Position numbers and translations under genes: made by a program
The notes under the pieces: generated by a model
The model's database searches: none
What the model was told of the DNA's origin: nothing
Seen by the model: only the letters and a program-made list of their open reading frames with translations
Virus record (IMG/VR): IMGVR_UViG_3300023103_000002
Span: 1 to 40,582 of that record
Source of the DNA: a virus
Strand: one strand, 5' to 3'
Length of the DNA stretch: 40,582 nt
In this document: positions 6,225-16,049 of the stretch, piece after piece
How the letters are laid out: every line of letters begins with the position of its first letter
Numbering within the stretch: the stretch's first letter is position 1

Positions 6225-7582
6225 GATACCTAAAGCCTTTAGACCTCTGCTATACCCAGCAAGGTATAAGGGTGCTTGGGGGGGGCGAAGGCGGCGCTAA
6301 GTCACACTTTTTCGCAGAGCAAATAGTTCTCCGTTGTTTTCAGAAGAAAACGCGCGTTGCTTGTATCCGTGAGGTACAAGCTTCGATTCGCGATTCTGTG
6401 CGTCAGCTTATTGTAGATAAGATCACGAAGCTCGGCCTTAACTTCAACTTTGAAATCCTTGAGAGCGAAATCAGGGGCATTAAAGGCACTTCATCTGAAG
6501 GGTCTCTTATAGTATTTAAAGGCATGCAGAGTTACAACGCCAACAACATTAAATCTCTCGAAGACTTTGATATAGCATGGGTTGAGGAGGCGCAGACGTT
6601 TAGCGAAGTGTCGTTGCGTATGTTGCGCCCGACAATACGCAAAGATGGTTCAGAGATTTGGTTCTCATGGAACCCGCGCCATGAAGACGACCCCGTTGAC
6701 AAGTTCTTCAGGTCAGGCAATTCCCGCGATGGCATGGTTTCTGTTGGCGTTAATTGGAGTGATAACCCTTGGTTTCCCGAAGTACTGCGAAAGGAAATGG
6801 AGGACGATTATCGCATTGATGCTGGCATGGCTGATCACGTCTGGGGCGGCGGGTATGAACTAATCACAGAAGCCAGCTATTACGGTCGTTATATCGCAGC
6901 GGCTGAACGTGAAGGCCGTGTTGGACATTATCCGCACAACCCTGATCTGCCCGTGATGACAAGCTGGGACATTGGCGTGGATGACTACACCGCTATATGG
7001 TTTTGGCAAACAGACGGGGAGATCGTGTGGGCTGTTGATTACTATGAGGTTAGTGGTGACGGAGCCGAGCAGATTGTTGCGGTTGCATTGCCTGAGCTGC
7101 GGCCAAAGGGATATGTGATGCCTTTGGGGGCTGAGCCTTTAGGGCGCGATGAGCCATTCAAGTACCAGCGCCATTACTTGCCACACGATGTTAAAAATCG
7201 TGAGTGGGGGTCAGGTGCCAAAAGCCGTGTGCAAATCCTGCAAGGGCTTGGTGTCAGGCCGATCAATGAGGGAATAGCAGCAAACCCTGAAGACCGCGTT
7301 GCAGCTCTACGTGCATTATTCCCCATTCTGCACTTTCATGACTGTGCACGTGTTAAGCTTGGGTTGCAACGGCTACGCAGGTATTCTCGCAAGCACAATG
7401 AGCGCATGGGCGTTTACACTGGCGTTGAGCATGACATAAATTCGCATGCGGCAGACGGGGCAGGGGAATTCGCGATAAACTGCTCGATACGCCCTCCCGT
7501 CAAAGAGGAAAAGAAGAAGCGTCCCTTTGAAGATTATTATGATTCAGACGAGAGCAAGTCGGAAAGCTGGATGACTTTATGA
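6221..7582 (+). CDS. terL: Terminase large subunit (PBSX/Terminase_3-like)
   Basis: P-loop-like GGGEGGAKSHFFA, Walker B DIAWVEEAQ, LRPTIRKDGSEIWFSWNP, and nuclease-region SWDIGVDDYTAIWFWQ. TTG start in the track, overlapping the terS stop. Confidence 0.9.
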   Translation: MRYLKPLDLCYTQQGIRVLGGGEGGAKSHFFAEQIVLRCFQKKTRVACIREVQASIRDSVRQLIVDKITKLGLNFNFEILESEIRGIKGTSSEGSLIVFKGMQSYNANNIKSLEDFDIAWVEEAQTFSEVSLRMLRPTIRKDGSEIWFSWNPRHEDDPVDKFFRSGNSRDGMVSVGVNWSDNPWFPEVLRKEMEDDYRIDAGMADHVWGGGYELITEASYYGRYIAAAEREGRVGHYPHNPDLPVMTSWDIGVDDYTAIWFWQTDGEIVWAVDYYEVSGDGAEQIVAVALPELRPKGYVMPLGAEPLGRDEPFKYQRHYLPHDVKNREWGSGAKSRVQILQGLGVRPINEGIAANPEDRVAALRALFPILHFHDCARVKLGLQRLRRYSRKHNERMGVYTGVEHDINSHAADGAGEFAINCSIRPPVKEEKKKRPFEDYYDSDESKSESWMTL

Positions 7583-7638
7583 TCTATTGCATATTTAATT
7601 GCATATGTTATACATAGTGAGATCATAAAAGGTATCTC

Positions 7639-9444
7639 ATGGCAGCGGGCGCACAACAGATATTAGATATTCCGTCAGAACCTATAGATTTAGGCAAGCT
7701 CAAAAAGGAATATACTAACTTTGCGTCTGTAAAAAACGCAGAGATTGAAGAGCGCAAGGAATCGCTCAAGTTCCGGCATGGTGTCCAGTGGACTGCCGAA
7801 GAATTGGCGATCCTAAAAAAGCGTAGACAGCCACCTGTTACTAACAATTACGTCGCCCGTAAGATTGATGGAGTTGTCGGAACCTTGCTTAGACTTAGGC
7901 AAGACGCTAAAGCCTTCCCGCGAACACCGTCACAAGATGAAGGAGCAGAGATTGCAACGGAGTGCATTCGATATGCATTAGATCGAGCCCGATGGCCTGA
8001 TGTCGAGTATGCGGCGCTAGAGGATGCAGCGGTTTCCGGCATTGGTGTTGCAGCTTTTACTATTGAGCAAGGTGACGCTGACGATTCCGAAGTCGGGTTA
8101 GAGCGCATTGCTTCAGACCAATTCTTTTATGACCCTCGTTCGTTCCTTGCCGATTTTTCTGATTGCATGTATATGGGGGTAGCCAAGTGGCTTGACCTTG
8201 ATGTCGCGCAAGAGTTGTTCCCCACATACCGCGAAGACTTGGAAGGCCTTGTTAATAACGGCAGCCTTGAAAGCTGGCAGCAATCGGAGCGTGAAAAGAA
8301 CTGGGTTGACCCTACACGCAAGCGCCTGTTTGTCGTAGAGCACTGGTATAAGCGATCTAGTGTGTGGAGCGTGTGCTTTTATGCATCTGGTCTTTTGCTT
8401 TATGAAGGTGAGAGCCCGTTCGTGGATGAAAAGGGAAAGTCAACAAGTCGGTTTCGCGCTTTCTCCGGCTACGTTGACCATGACGGCGACAGATACGGCT
8501 TTGTACGCAATCTGAAAAGCCCCCAAATGGAAGTAAACATGCGGCGCTCGAAGGCTCTGCATATCCTCAACACACGCCGTTTTATGTACCGTAAAGATAG
8601 CGTAACCAACGTTGAGAAATTCAGGCAAGAGGCTGCCCGCCCCGATGGAATGATGGAATATGATGGCGAAATGCCTCAAGCCGATGATGGCTCTCGCACG
8701 ACAGATATGCAGGGACACTTTGAGCTTTTACAGGAGGCCAAAGGAGCCATTGAGGGTTTCGGCCCATCTGCCGCCTTGCTTGGTGATGTTGGCAAGCAGC
8801 AATCTGGCCGCGCTATTGCATTGTTGCAGCAGACAGGGCTTGCAGAGCTCGGGCCTTTTATCAAGAACTACCGTGCATGGAAGCTGGATATTTACCGTGT
8901 GATGTTCACCAACATTCAGCGGTATTGGACAGGTGAGCGTTATATCCGTGTCACCGACAATGAGGAAATGGCCAAATTTATCGAGCTGAACCGTCTTGAG
9001 TTTGATGAGCAGGGGAAACCCACAATTGTTAATGCGCTCGGCTCCATGGACGTTGACATTATCATGGATGAGTCAGGCGACACGGTTAACACCATGGCTG
9101 ATACCTTTGAATTGCTTGGTGTATTGGCCAGTGCTGGCAATCCCATACCACCGCAGATTGTTATCGAGCTTTCACCGCTCCCCGGCAGTGTTAAGAAAAA
9201 GGTTATCTGGATGCTTGAGCAGCAAGGCCAACAAGACCCGATGCTTGAACAGGCTAAAACCCTTGAGCTTGAGAAAGCGGAAGCTGATGTTGGCGCGACC
9301 AGAGCTAAAGGCCTTAAAGATTTTGCACAAGCTGCACAGACGCTTGTTGCCCCTATTCCGCAAGAGCTTGTTGACGTGCCTATGCCGCAACAGCCCATGC
9401 CAATGATGCCGCAGGAGGCAGGATTTGCCCCGCTGCCATTCTGA
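7639..9444 (+). CDS. Portal protein
   Basis: 601-aa ORF directly after terL and before the scaffold and capsid genes. Size and position are typical. No motif-level proof. Confidence 0.75.
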   Translation: MAAGAQQILDIPSEPIDLGKLKKEYTNFASVKNAEIEERKESLKFRHGVQWTAEELAILKKRRQPPVTNNYVARKIDGVVGTLLRLRQDAKAFPRTPSQDEGAEIATECIRYALDRARWPDVEYAALEDAAVSGIGVAAFTIEQGDADDSEVGLERIASDQFFYDPRSFLADFSDCMYMGVAKWLDLDVAQELFPTYREDLEGLVNNGSLESWQQSEREKNWVDPTRKRLFVVEHWYKRSSVWSVCFYASGLLLYEGESPFVDEKGKSTSRFRAFSGYVDHDGDRYGFVRNLKSPQMEVNMRRSKALHILNTRRFMYRKDSVTNVEKFRQEAARPDGMMEYDGEMPQADDGSRTTDMQGHFELLQEAKGAIEGFGPSAALLGDVGKQQSGRAIALLQQTGLAELGPFIKNYRAWKLDIYRVMFTNIQRYWTGERYIRVTDNEEMAKFIELNRLEFDEQGKPTIVNALGSMDVDIIMDESGDTVNTMADTFELLGVLASAGNPIPPQIVIELSPLPGSVKKKVIWMLEQQGQQDPMLEQAKTLELEKAEADVGATRAKGLKDFAQAAQTLVAPIPQELVDVPMPQQPMPMMPQEAGFAPLPF

Positions 9445-9539
9445 GTTCGTATGCTTCCACGATACGGAGCAATTAACGCAATCGACCGGCGATACAGGTC
9501 GTAACCGTGAGCACGACGAAACCGTGAAAGAGAAATACA

Positions 9540-10388
9540 ATGTCTGAAGAAGAAATTAAGCACGACGATAATGCAAAGGATGAATTTGAAACAACATTTA
9601 ACAGCTCATTTTTGAACGAGAAAGAGAATGTTGCGCCTTTTCAAACAGAGGAAGTAATTCCAGAGGCTGAAACAGGAAAGACAGAGCCTGAACCTGCAAA
9701 GGAAGCGCCAAAGGCTGAGAAAGATCACCATGTTCCTTTGCATGTGATGCTCGATCAGCGCGAACGTGCCCAAAAGGCAGAGCGTCAGGCAGAGCAATAT
9801 CAACGTGACCTTGAAAACCTTCGCAGACAGTTAGAAGCAAGCAAACCTAAAGAGCAGGAAGAAATCCCAGATGCAATGATTGATCCTCAGGCCTATTCGG
9901 CATGGGTTCAGAAGCAGATTGATGCAAGGGTTAATGACTTCCAGCAAAAGCAACTTGCTCAGAAGATCGAATACTCGTTACAGAGTGCTCGTGAAACTGA
10001 CCAAGAGCGATTTGATGCGGCTTATAATGCACTTGATCCAAGGGACACTGCAACAGTTAACCGGATTAAGAACGCTTACGATCCCGGCAAGGAGCTTATG
10101 CGCTGGTATGCACAGCAGGAAACTTTGCGGGAAACAGGGGGTGATATTCACTCGTTTAGAGAGAAAGAACGCGCTGCATTGCGGGAGCAGCTCAAGAATG
10201 ATCCCGAATATAGGGCTGAAATTCTAGCGATGGCTCGTGCCGAAGCTGCGACCTCACCTCCCACACGACCTGCTCATAATGGGATGCCTTCGATTACCCG
10301 CGCCCCTTCTTCAAGGGGGACTACTAACCCAATGGCTGCAATGTCTCCACAAGAGGCCCATGCATCTAGTCTTAACTTAAAAAGGTAA
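9540..10388 (+). CDS. Scaffolding protein (putative)
   Basis: 282-aa, highly charged (E/K/Q/R-rich) helical protein lying between the portal and major capsid genes. Confidence 0.6.
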   Translation: MSEEEIKHDDNAKDEFETTFNSSFLNEKENVAPFQTEEVIPEAETGKTEPEPAKEAPKAEKDHHVPLHVMLDQRERAQKAERQAEQYQRDLENLRRQLEASKPKEQEEIPDAMIDPQAYSAWVQKQIDARVNDFQQKQLAQKIEYSLQSARETDQERFDAAYNALDPRDTATVNRIKNAYDPGKELMRWYAQQETLRETGGDIHSFREKERAALREQLKNDPEYRAEILAMARAEAATSPPTRPAHNGMPSITRAPSSRGTTNPMAAMSPQEAHASSLNLKR

Positions 10389-10392
10389 GTAA

Positions 10393-11538
10393 ATGGCCGC
10401 TACCGATGTACAAACCAACAACCGCGAGATAGTCTGGACTAACCAGATTATCCGCGAGTTTAACCGCGAGAACCTGTTTTCTCCATATTATGGCAACTCT
10501 ACCCGCGCAATTATCCGAAACATTACGGATTTAGAGCGCAAGCCGGGGGAAGAAATCAACGTGCCTTTGATGGCAAAGATTGATTCAAAAACTGGCGTAG
10601 GTATTGGGCCACTGGTCAATAACGAAACCCGCCTTGACCTTTACGGGATGCGTATTCGGACAGATTGGGCGCGGAATGGCGTTCTGATCCCTGAATATGA
10701 GGAAAAAGTAACGTTTATGGATCTGGCCGACTTGGCTCGTGATGAGCTGTCCGATTGGGGCAATAACAAGCAGCGCGATGACCTTATTCGTGCGTTTCAT
10801 TCGATCCCATCCGAAGCTCCTAGCCCTGATTGGAAGTCAGAAGGCGGCCAAACCGTTAACGGGATTCAGTATGCACAGGCAACAACCGCGCAGAAGAACG
10901 CTTGGCACAATGCTAACCAAGACCGGCTGCAATATGGTTCTGCTGTAAGCAACTTTGTGACCAGCAACCACGCTGCATCATTAGCTAACATCGACAGCAC
11001 GAACGATAAATTCACCAAGGAATCCCTTGAGTTGATGAAGCGCCGTGCACGTAACGCAAAACCTAAGATTACCCCTTACAAGACAGAAGACGGCAAAGAG
11101 TGGTTTGTTGCTTTCGTCGGCTCTCGCTTGTTCCGCGATCTTGGCAATTCGCTTGCTTCTGTCGATCAGGCAGCCCGCGCCCGTGAAGGCGATGGAATGA
11201 TGAAGAACCCGCTTTATGTCGATGGTGATTTGCTGTGGAGAGGGATCATTATCCGTGAGATTCCTGAAATGGACGATCTGACAGTAATTGCGGGTGCTGG
11301 CGCTTCTGGCATTGACGTTGCGCCCGTATTCCTTTGCGGTCAATCAGCGGCTGCTATTGCATGGTCGAAGATGCCTACTCCACGTCGTCGTAAAGAAGAT
11401 GATTATGAAATGTGGAAAGGTGTTGGTCTGGTAATGTCTTACGGCGTTGCTAAGTTGGCTAAAATTCCAGCGGGTCAGACAACCCTCAAAGATTGGGGCG
11501 TTTTCACAGGCTACTTCTCTGCTGTAGCAGACGTTTAA
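10393..11538 (+). CDS. Major capsid protein (N4-gp56-like family)
   Basis: 381 aa, positioned after the scaffold gene. The N-terminal region (REIVWTNQIIREFNRENLFSPYYG...KPGEEINVPLMAKI) resembles N4-gp56-type capsid proteins from memory. Confidence 0.8.
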   Translation: MAATDVQTNNREIVWTNQIIREFNRENLFSPYYGNSTRAIIRNITDLERKPGEEINVPLMAKIDSKTGVGIGPLVNNETRLDLYGMRIRTDWARNGVLIPEYEEKVTFMDLADLARDELSDWGNNKQRDDLIRAFHSIPSEAPSPDWKSEGGQTVNGIQYAQATTAQKNAWHNANQDRLQYGSAVSNFVTSNHAASLANIDSTNDKFTKESLELMKRRARNAKPKITPYKTEDGKEWFVAFVGSRLFRDLGNSLASVDQAARAREGDGMMKNPLYVDGDLLWRGIIIREIPEMDDLTVIAGAGASGIDVAPVFLCGQSAAAIAWSKMPTPRRRKEDDYEMWKGVGLVMSYGVAKLAKIPAGQTTLKDWGVFTGYFSAVADV

Positions 11539-11552
11539 GGAGAATAATTAAC

Positions 11553-11966
11553 ATGCCTACATTTCAAAATGCGCGGGAGAACTATGTTCAATCGCCTATA
11601 TTCTTCCGTAGAAAGATTATCTTCTCTGAAAACGGAATTGTAAGCCTTGGGTTCGTTGCTGCACAGAGTGTTATTCGCGGCGGTGAGATTGCAGTGCGTA
11701 CCGCTTTCAACTCTGGCACACTTAATACAATCAGTGTTGGGTTGCGCTTTATCGATGGCACGACGCAGCCCGCGGTTTACACTTCGGCGCAATCTCTAAC
11801 TACTCCGGGGATTGTTAACTTCAATGCAATGGCAACATCGGCCTTTGTCTATACAGATGTGGACGCGGAGCTGATTGCTACAATCAACCAGACAGGTACA
11901 GCCTCAACGACAGGTGAGGCGTATATCCTAGTGAATGCAATCTCACGAATGGGGAGACGTTTATAA
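11553..11966 (+). CDS. Virion structural protein (hypothetical, 137 aa)
   Basis: AAGGAG at 11537-11542 precedes the ATG at 11553. The track start at 11493 is a TTG inside the capsid gene. Confidence 0.65.
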   Translation: MPTFQNARENYVQSPIFFRRKIIFSENGIVSLGFVAAQSVIRGGEIAVRTAFNSGTLNTISVGLRFIDGTTQPAVYTSAQSLTTPGIVNFNAMATSAFVYTDVDAELIATINQTGTASTTGEAYILVNAISRMGRRL

Positions 11967-12298
11967 TGGCTACTATCACCTATAAACCATCTTATGATGA
12001 TGCTTCGGTTGTAACTTGGCTGGGAATTAATTTTCCAGCTAACAAGCCTGTTGAAGTCCGAAACAAAGAATTGGTTAAAAAAGCAAAAACTAATCCGTTC
12101 TTTGAAGTAGAAGACGACGATGTGGAAGACGCGCAAGTCGCCTCTTCGGAAGGTGAAGGGCCGTTTGATCGTGGCGTTGCAGCTGCTAAGGCTGGGAAGC
12201 CACGCAATGCCCCCGGTCGCTGGTCAGGCAACCGAAAGGGCGAAGAATGGCTTGAGGGATATGACTCTGTGAAAGAGGAATCGAACAAGGATGAGTGA
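11966..12298 (+). CDS. Hypothetical structural-module protein (110 aa)
   Basis: TAATG overlap with the upstream stop. Confidence 0.65.
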   Translation: MATITYKPSYDDASVVTWLGINFPANKPVEVRNKELVKKAKTNPFFEVEDDDVEDAQVASSEGEGPFDRGVAAAKAGKPRNAPGRWSGNRKGEEWLEGYDSVKEESNKDE

Positions 12299-12650
12299 AT
12301 TTTACACTCGGAGCGATCTTGTTCTACGTACGCTGGGGAAACTCGGCGTGCGTGCCGCTGGGCAGACGCCTAACGCAGAAGATTACGACAATGTAGACGG
12401 GTATCTTGATGGAACACTCGCGGCATTGGCTGCGCGTGACATTGTGCTAGTGAATGATGCCGACGCTATCCCTGCCGCGTTTTTGAATGACATTGCCGCT
12501 TTGCTGGCTAAAGACTCAGCATCCGAATTTGGCGTTATGGCTGATGAAATGGCAAAGATTGATTCAGAGGCAGCGCAAGCAATCGTAAATCTGCGCATCA
12601 TGCAAAGCAAGACAATTACCGGACAGCGTATGCAAGCGGAGTATTTCTAG
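12291..12650 (+). CDS. Hypothetical structural-module protein (119 aa)
   Basis: ORF overlapping both neighbours within the late operon. Confidence 0.65.
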   Translation: MSEFYTRSDLVLRTLGKLGVRAAGQTPNAEDYDNVDGYLDGTLAALAARDIVLVNDADAIPAAFLNDIAALLAKDSASEFGVMADEMAKIDSEAAQAIVNLRIMQSKTITGQRMQAEYF

Positions 12651-14065
12651 TGGTATCAATACCCTTTCCTACAGGTTCACAGCCCGGCAGGAACGCTCAG
12701 GAGAGCGGGGGGAGACTTATCAACTGCTATGCGGAAGAACTAGGCAACGCGGCTGGCGGTGTGGCGGTTATACGATCAGCGCCGGGCTTGCTTGAGTTCG
12801 GAGACAGTGAGTTAACAGGGTTTAGAGGCCAGATCTTAATAGGCCAGCGCCTTTTCGCGGCCTTTGAGGACACGTTGGTTTATTTCAACAGCGCGGGAGC
12901 TGTTACAGTTGTGGGAGAGCTGCAAGGCACGTTGCCTGTGTTCTTCTCACGGAACAATCGCAGGCCAACCCCTGATGCGGTAGTTGTGACAGAGCTGGGC
13001 GCTTTTGAATTTACAGATACGATTATCACGCCTTTTGTCGATGGAGACCTACCTCAGCCTAACAGTGTTTCATTCCAAGACGGGTATTTCTTTTTTACCA
13101 CGCAGGACGGCCTTTGTTATGCGTCAGGCTTGAATGATGTGACGGTTAATGCGCTTGATTTTACCAGTGCGGAATCTAATCCTGATGGGCTTTATCGGGT
13201 TATATCCTTTAGCCAGCAATTATACCTTATGGGTCCGTCTTCCATTGAGGTTTATTCAAACACAGCTAATGAGGTTGGCTTTCCATTCTCCCGAGTTACT
13301 ACAATACCACGCGGCCTTATAAGCCCTTATGCGGTAACAGGCTTTGAAGAAGGTTTTGGGCGTTCAGTATGTTGGGTTGCAGATGACAATGCAGTTTATA
13401 TGCTAAACGGCTACCAGCCTCAGAAAATATCAACGCCTATTATCGATAGTAATATTCAAGAGGTCGTTAATAAGATCTCTATTGAGATGTCATGTTACGT
13501 TGAAAATGGTCACGCTTGTATATCCGTTGATATGCCTGAACATTCATGGATTTATGATCTTTCTTCGCAAGTCTGGCATGAGCGCAAGAGTTACTTTCAA
13601 GAGCGGTGGAGAGCAACGGGGAATAGTGTTTTTGGCTTTGGCAGATGGCTAAGAGGTGATATGCTTTCAGGTGCAGTAATGCATATTACTGAAACCACAC
13701 GCACAGAAGGTATCAACCCCTTGCCTGTTATCATCGAAAGCGGAGAGTCGCAGCAGTTCCCAAGTGGGGCTATTATCCCGCGCGCTGACTTTGACTTTGA
13801 CAAAGGGACTGGCCGGGCAACCGGCATTGATCCTATCGAGCGTAACCCTTTGTGTGAAATATCTTGGTCTAATGACGGCGGCGAGCAGTTCAGCGATCCT
13901 GTGCAGCGCGAGATAGGGCAGCAGGGGATAACAAAGCAGCGGGTTCACGTCACGCGCACGGGGTTTTCATCCGGCAACGGAAGGCGTTGGCGGATTGTGG
14001 TTTCAGATCCCGTTTATGTGGGATTTCTGGGCGGTGACATGACAGCTATTCCGAGGTCTCGATGA
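12650..14065 (+). CDS. Virion protein, possibly of the phage stabilisation-protein type (471 aa)
   Basis: GTG start overlapping the upstream TAG. The N-terminus SQPGRNAQESGGRLINCYAE... resembles podovirus stabilisation/tail-tubular proteins I recall. This assignment is weak. Confidence 0.6.
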   Translation: MVSIPFPTGSQPGRNAQESGGRLINCYAEELGNAAGGVAVIRSAPGLLEFGDSELTGFRGQILIGQRLFAAFEDTLVYFNSAGAVTVVGELQGTLPVFFSRNNRRPTPDAVVVTELGAFEFTDTIITPFVDGDLPQPNSVSFQDGYFFFTTQDGLCYASGLNDVTVNALDFTSAESNPDGLYRVISFSQQLYLMGPSSIEVYSNTANEVGFPFSRVTTIPRGLISPYAVTGFEEGFGRSVCWVADDNAVYMLNGYQPQKISTPIIDSNIQEVVNKISIEMSCYVENGHACISVDMPEHSWIYDLSSQVWHERKSYFQERWRATGNSVFGFGRWLRGDMLSGAVMHITETTRTEGINPLPVIIESGESQQFPSGAIIPRADFDFDKGTGRATGIDPIERNPLCEISWSNDGGEQFSDPVQREIGQQGITKQRVHVTRTGFSSGNGRRWRIVVSDPVYVGFLGGDMTAIPRSR

Positions 14066-14325
14066 AAATAACGGCTCCGTTCCCTCAGCCACAAATCCCG
14101 CCGATTAACCCTGATACGGGGTTATTTACGCGCGAGTGGTATGAAGCATTGAGTGCAGTTTACCGCCTTCTGCAAGGGCTTAACTTTACGCAAGGTGTTG
14201 GCGATCCAGAAGGGGTTGTTACTGCCCCAGTTGGAAGCCTCTTTGTGCGATCTGATGGCGGGGCTGGAACAACACTATACGTCAAAGAAGCGAATACAGA
14301 CGCGACGGGTTGGGTCGCAAAGTGA
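14062..14325 (+). CDS. Hypothetical virion protein (87 aa)
   Basis: ATGA overlap with the upstream gene. Confidence 0.65.
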   Translation: MKITAPFPQPQIPPINPDTGLFTREWYEALSAVYRLLQGLNFTQGVGDPEGVVTAPVGSLFVRSDGGAGTTLYVKEANTDATGWVAK

Positions 14326-14331
14326 GGTAAT

Positions 14332-14985
14332 ATGGGACTTTTCGACCTTTTCTCAAGTGGAAACGAAAAAGCAGCTTCTGAACTACAGCGTAGCGGTCTT
14401 GATAAAGGCTGGAACCGGTTTGCTAAGTTCTCTGGCAAGGGGCTGAATGAATTTACCAATTACAATAACATGGCATACAATGAGTATGACAAGTTAAACC
14501 AGCTCGGCGATCAAGGAATTTCAGCTTACGGCAATGCTCTTGGGCTGAATGGCGCGGCGGGGTCACAGTCTGCATTGCAGGGCTTCCAACAGCAGAACCC
14601 CGGTTACGGATTTGCGATGGATCAGGGGTTAGACGCTCTTGACCGCAGGGCGGCTTCGCGCGGGATGCTCAACAGCGGCAACACTTCGGCCGATACGTTG
14701 CGCTTTTCGCAAGGATTGGCAGATCAGAATTGGCAGCAATATATCGCTAACTTGGCTAATACCGTGGGCGTGGCTCAAAATACTGCGGGCGCTCAGGCAG
14801 GGATTAGGCAGGGACAGGGGCAGGGCAACCTTGCCACTCGTCTTGTGCAAGCTGACACGGCGAACCAACGCGAAGTCGGGAAAGCTAATGCTACAGCCAA
14901 CTATCAGTTGAGCAAAGACCAGACGGGAGCAAACGTATTAGGAGCTGCCGGGCTTGCATCTAAAATTATTGGAGGGCTATTCTAA
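14332..14985 (+). CDS. Internal virion/ejection-type protein (Gln/Gly/Ala/Asn-rich, 217 aa)
   Basis: Composition and position immediately upstream of the other internal-protein genes. Confidence 0.6.
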   Translation: MGLFDLFSSGNEKAASELQRSGLDKGWNRFAKFSGKGLNEFTNYNNMAYNEYDKLNQLGDQGISAYGNALGLNGAAGSQSALQGFQQQNPGYGFAMDQGLDALDRRAASRGMLNSGNTSADTLRFSQGLADQNWQQYIANLANTVGVAQNTAGAQAGIRQGQGQGNLATRLVQADTANQREVGKANATANYQLSKDQTGANVLGAAGLASKIIGGLF

Positions 14986-16049
14986 TGCCAGTCCCAGTAC
15001 AACAGGTTAATTGGGGAAATCAGCCTATTGTTGATGTTTCCAAGCTGTATGACGGATTCCAGCAGGGGCGCACAGACGCGCGGAACAATCGCGTTGCGGA
15101 CAATCGACAGGAAGCTTTATCGTCGTTGCCTATGCGGCCTGATGGGAGCGTTGATTATGGTGCGGCTGCGACTAAATTGCTTCAAGTTGGTGATTTGCAA
15201 GGGGCGCAGTCCTTTGCTCAGCTGGCCGATACGCAAGCACAACGTGGGTTCCAGCAGCAGCAGTTTTCAGCGCAACAATCCAACGCTGATCGTGCTTATG
15301 GGCTTCAGGAGCGTGCATTGAGCGCGAAGCCTGTTCCAACAGGGTATCAGCAGACGAGTAACGGTCTGGCTCCTATCCCCGGCGGCCCTGCCGATCCGGA
15401 TGTTATACGCGCACAAGCGGCGGCAAAAGGTGCTTCAAGGGTTGGAAGTGGGGCGAATGGCGGGCGCATCTCATCAACCACAGAAAAGGCTATTCTTGAA
15501 GCAGACCAAGGCATTCAAGAGGGTCAAAGCGTTATTTCGAACCTAGATCAGGCGTTAACCTTGAATGACAAGGCCTATTCCGGCTTTGGCTCGACTGTTG
15601 TGCCGTGGGTTGATCGTAACCTTGGGCCGCTAGGCGGTGATAAACTCGGAATTACCGATAGCGCAAGAGGGGCAGCAACCACAGATTTTAACAATCTGAT
15701 AGGTACTCAGGCGCTTGGAAGCCTTAAAGCTATCTTCGGGGCTGCTCCAACGGAAGGAGAGCGGAAGATTCTTTTAGAGCTGCAAGCCTCTGTCGATAAA
15801 TCCCCTGCCGAAAGAAAGACCCTTATCGAACGCGCGCGTGATTTGGCACAAAAACGCATCGAGTTTAATAAAGGCACGGCGGAAAGGCTTCGCTCCGGGA
15901 CGTATTACCGCAATGAGGGTGCGCCCGCTCAAGCAGTGCAGCAGCTACCTACACAAGCTCAGTCCCAATTCCAGCAGGGACAGATCCGGCGCACTAAGTC
16001 CGGCGCACAATTCCGATATAATAACGGCCAATGGGAGCCTATCCAGTAA
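14985..16049 (+). CDS. Internal virion/ejection-type protein (354 aa)
   Basis: TAATG coupling, Q/A/G-rich composition, and position before the lysozyme-domain giant protein. Confidence 0.6.
   Translation: MPVPVQQVNWGNQPIVDVSKLYDGFQQGRTDARNNRVADNRQEALSSLPMRPDGSVDYGAAATKLLQVGDLQGAQSFAQLADTQAQRGFQQQQFSAQQSNADRAYGLQERALSAKPVPTGYQQTSNGLAPIPGGPADPDVIRAQAAAKGASRVGSGANGGRISSTTEKAILEADQGIQEGQSVISNLDQALTLNDKAYSGFGSTVVPWVDRNLGPLGGDKLGITDSARGAATTDFNNLIGTQALGSLKAIFGAAPTEGERKILLELQASVDKSPAERKTLIERARDLAQKRIEFNKGTAERLRSGTYYRNEGAPAQAVQQLPTQAQSQFQQGQIRRTKSGAQFRYNNGQWEPIQ

Noticed and set aside
6270-6300. TerL P-loop reads GGGEGGAKS (Ala instead of Gly before the Lys), which could suggest an inactive ATPase.
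   Set aside because: The Lys-Ser, the Walker B (DIAWVEEA) and the downstream motifs are intact. I cannot exclude that this variant is normal for the subfamily. It is not strong enough to report as an anomaly.
8940-9563. Long antisense ORFs inside well-supported genes, for example 8940-9563, 34984-35739, 32652-33207, 31186-31668, 31803-32228 and 26168-26563.
   Set aside because: They are opposite-strand shadows within conserved coding regions (portal, VirE-like, SSB, helicase). Their products are Ser/Arg/Cys-rich with no motifs.
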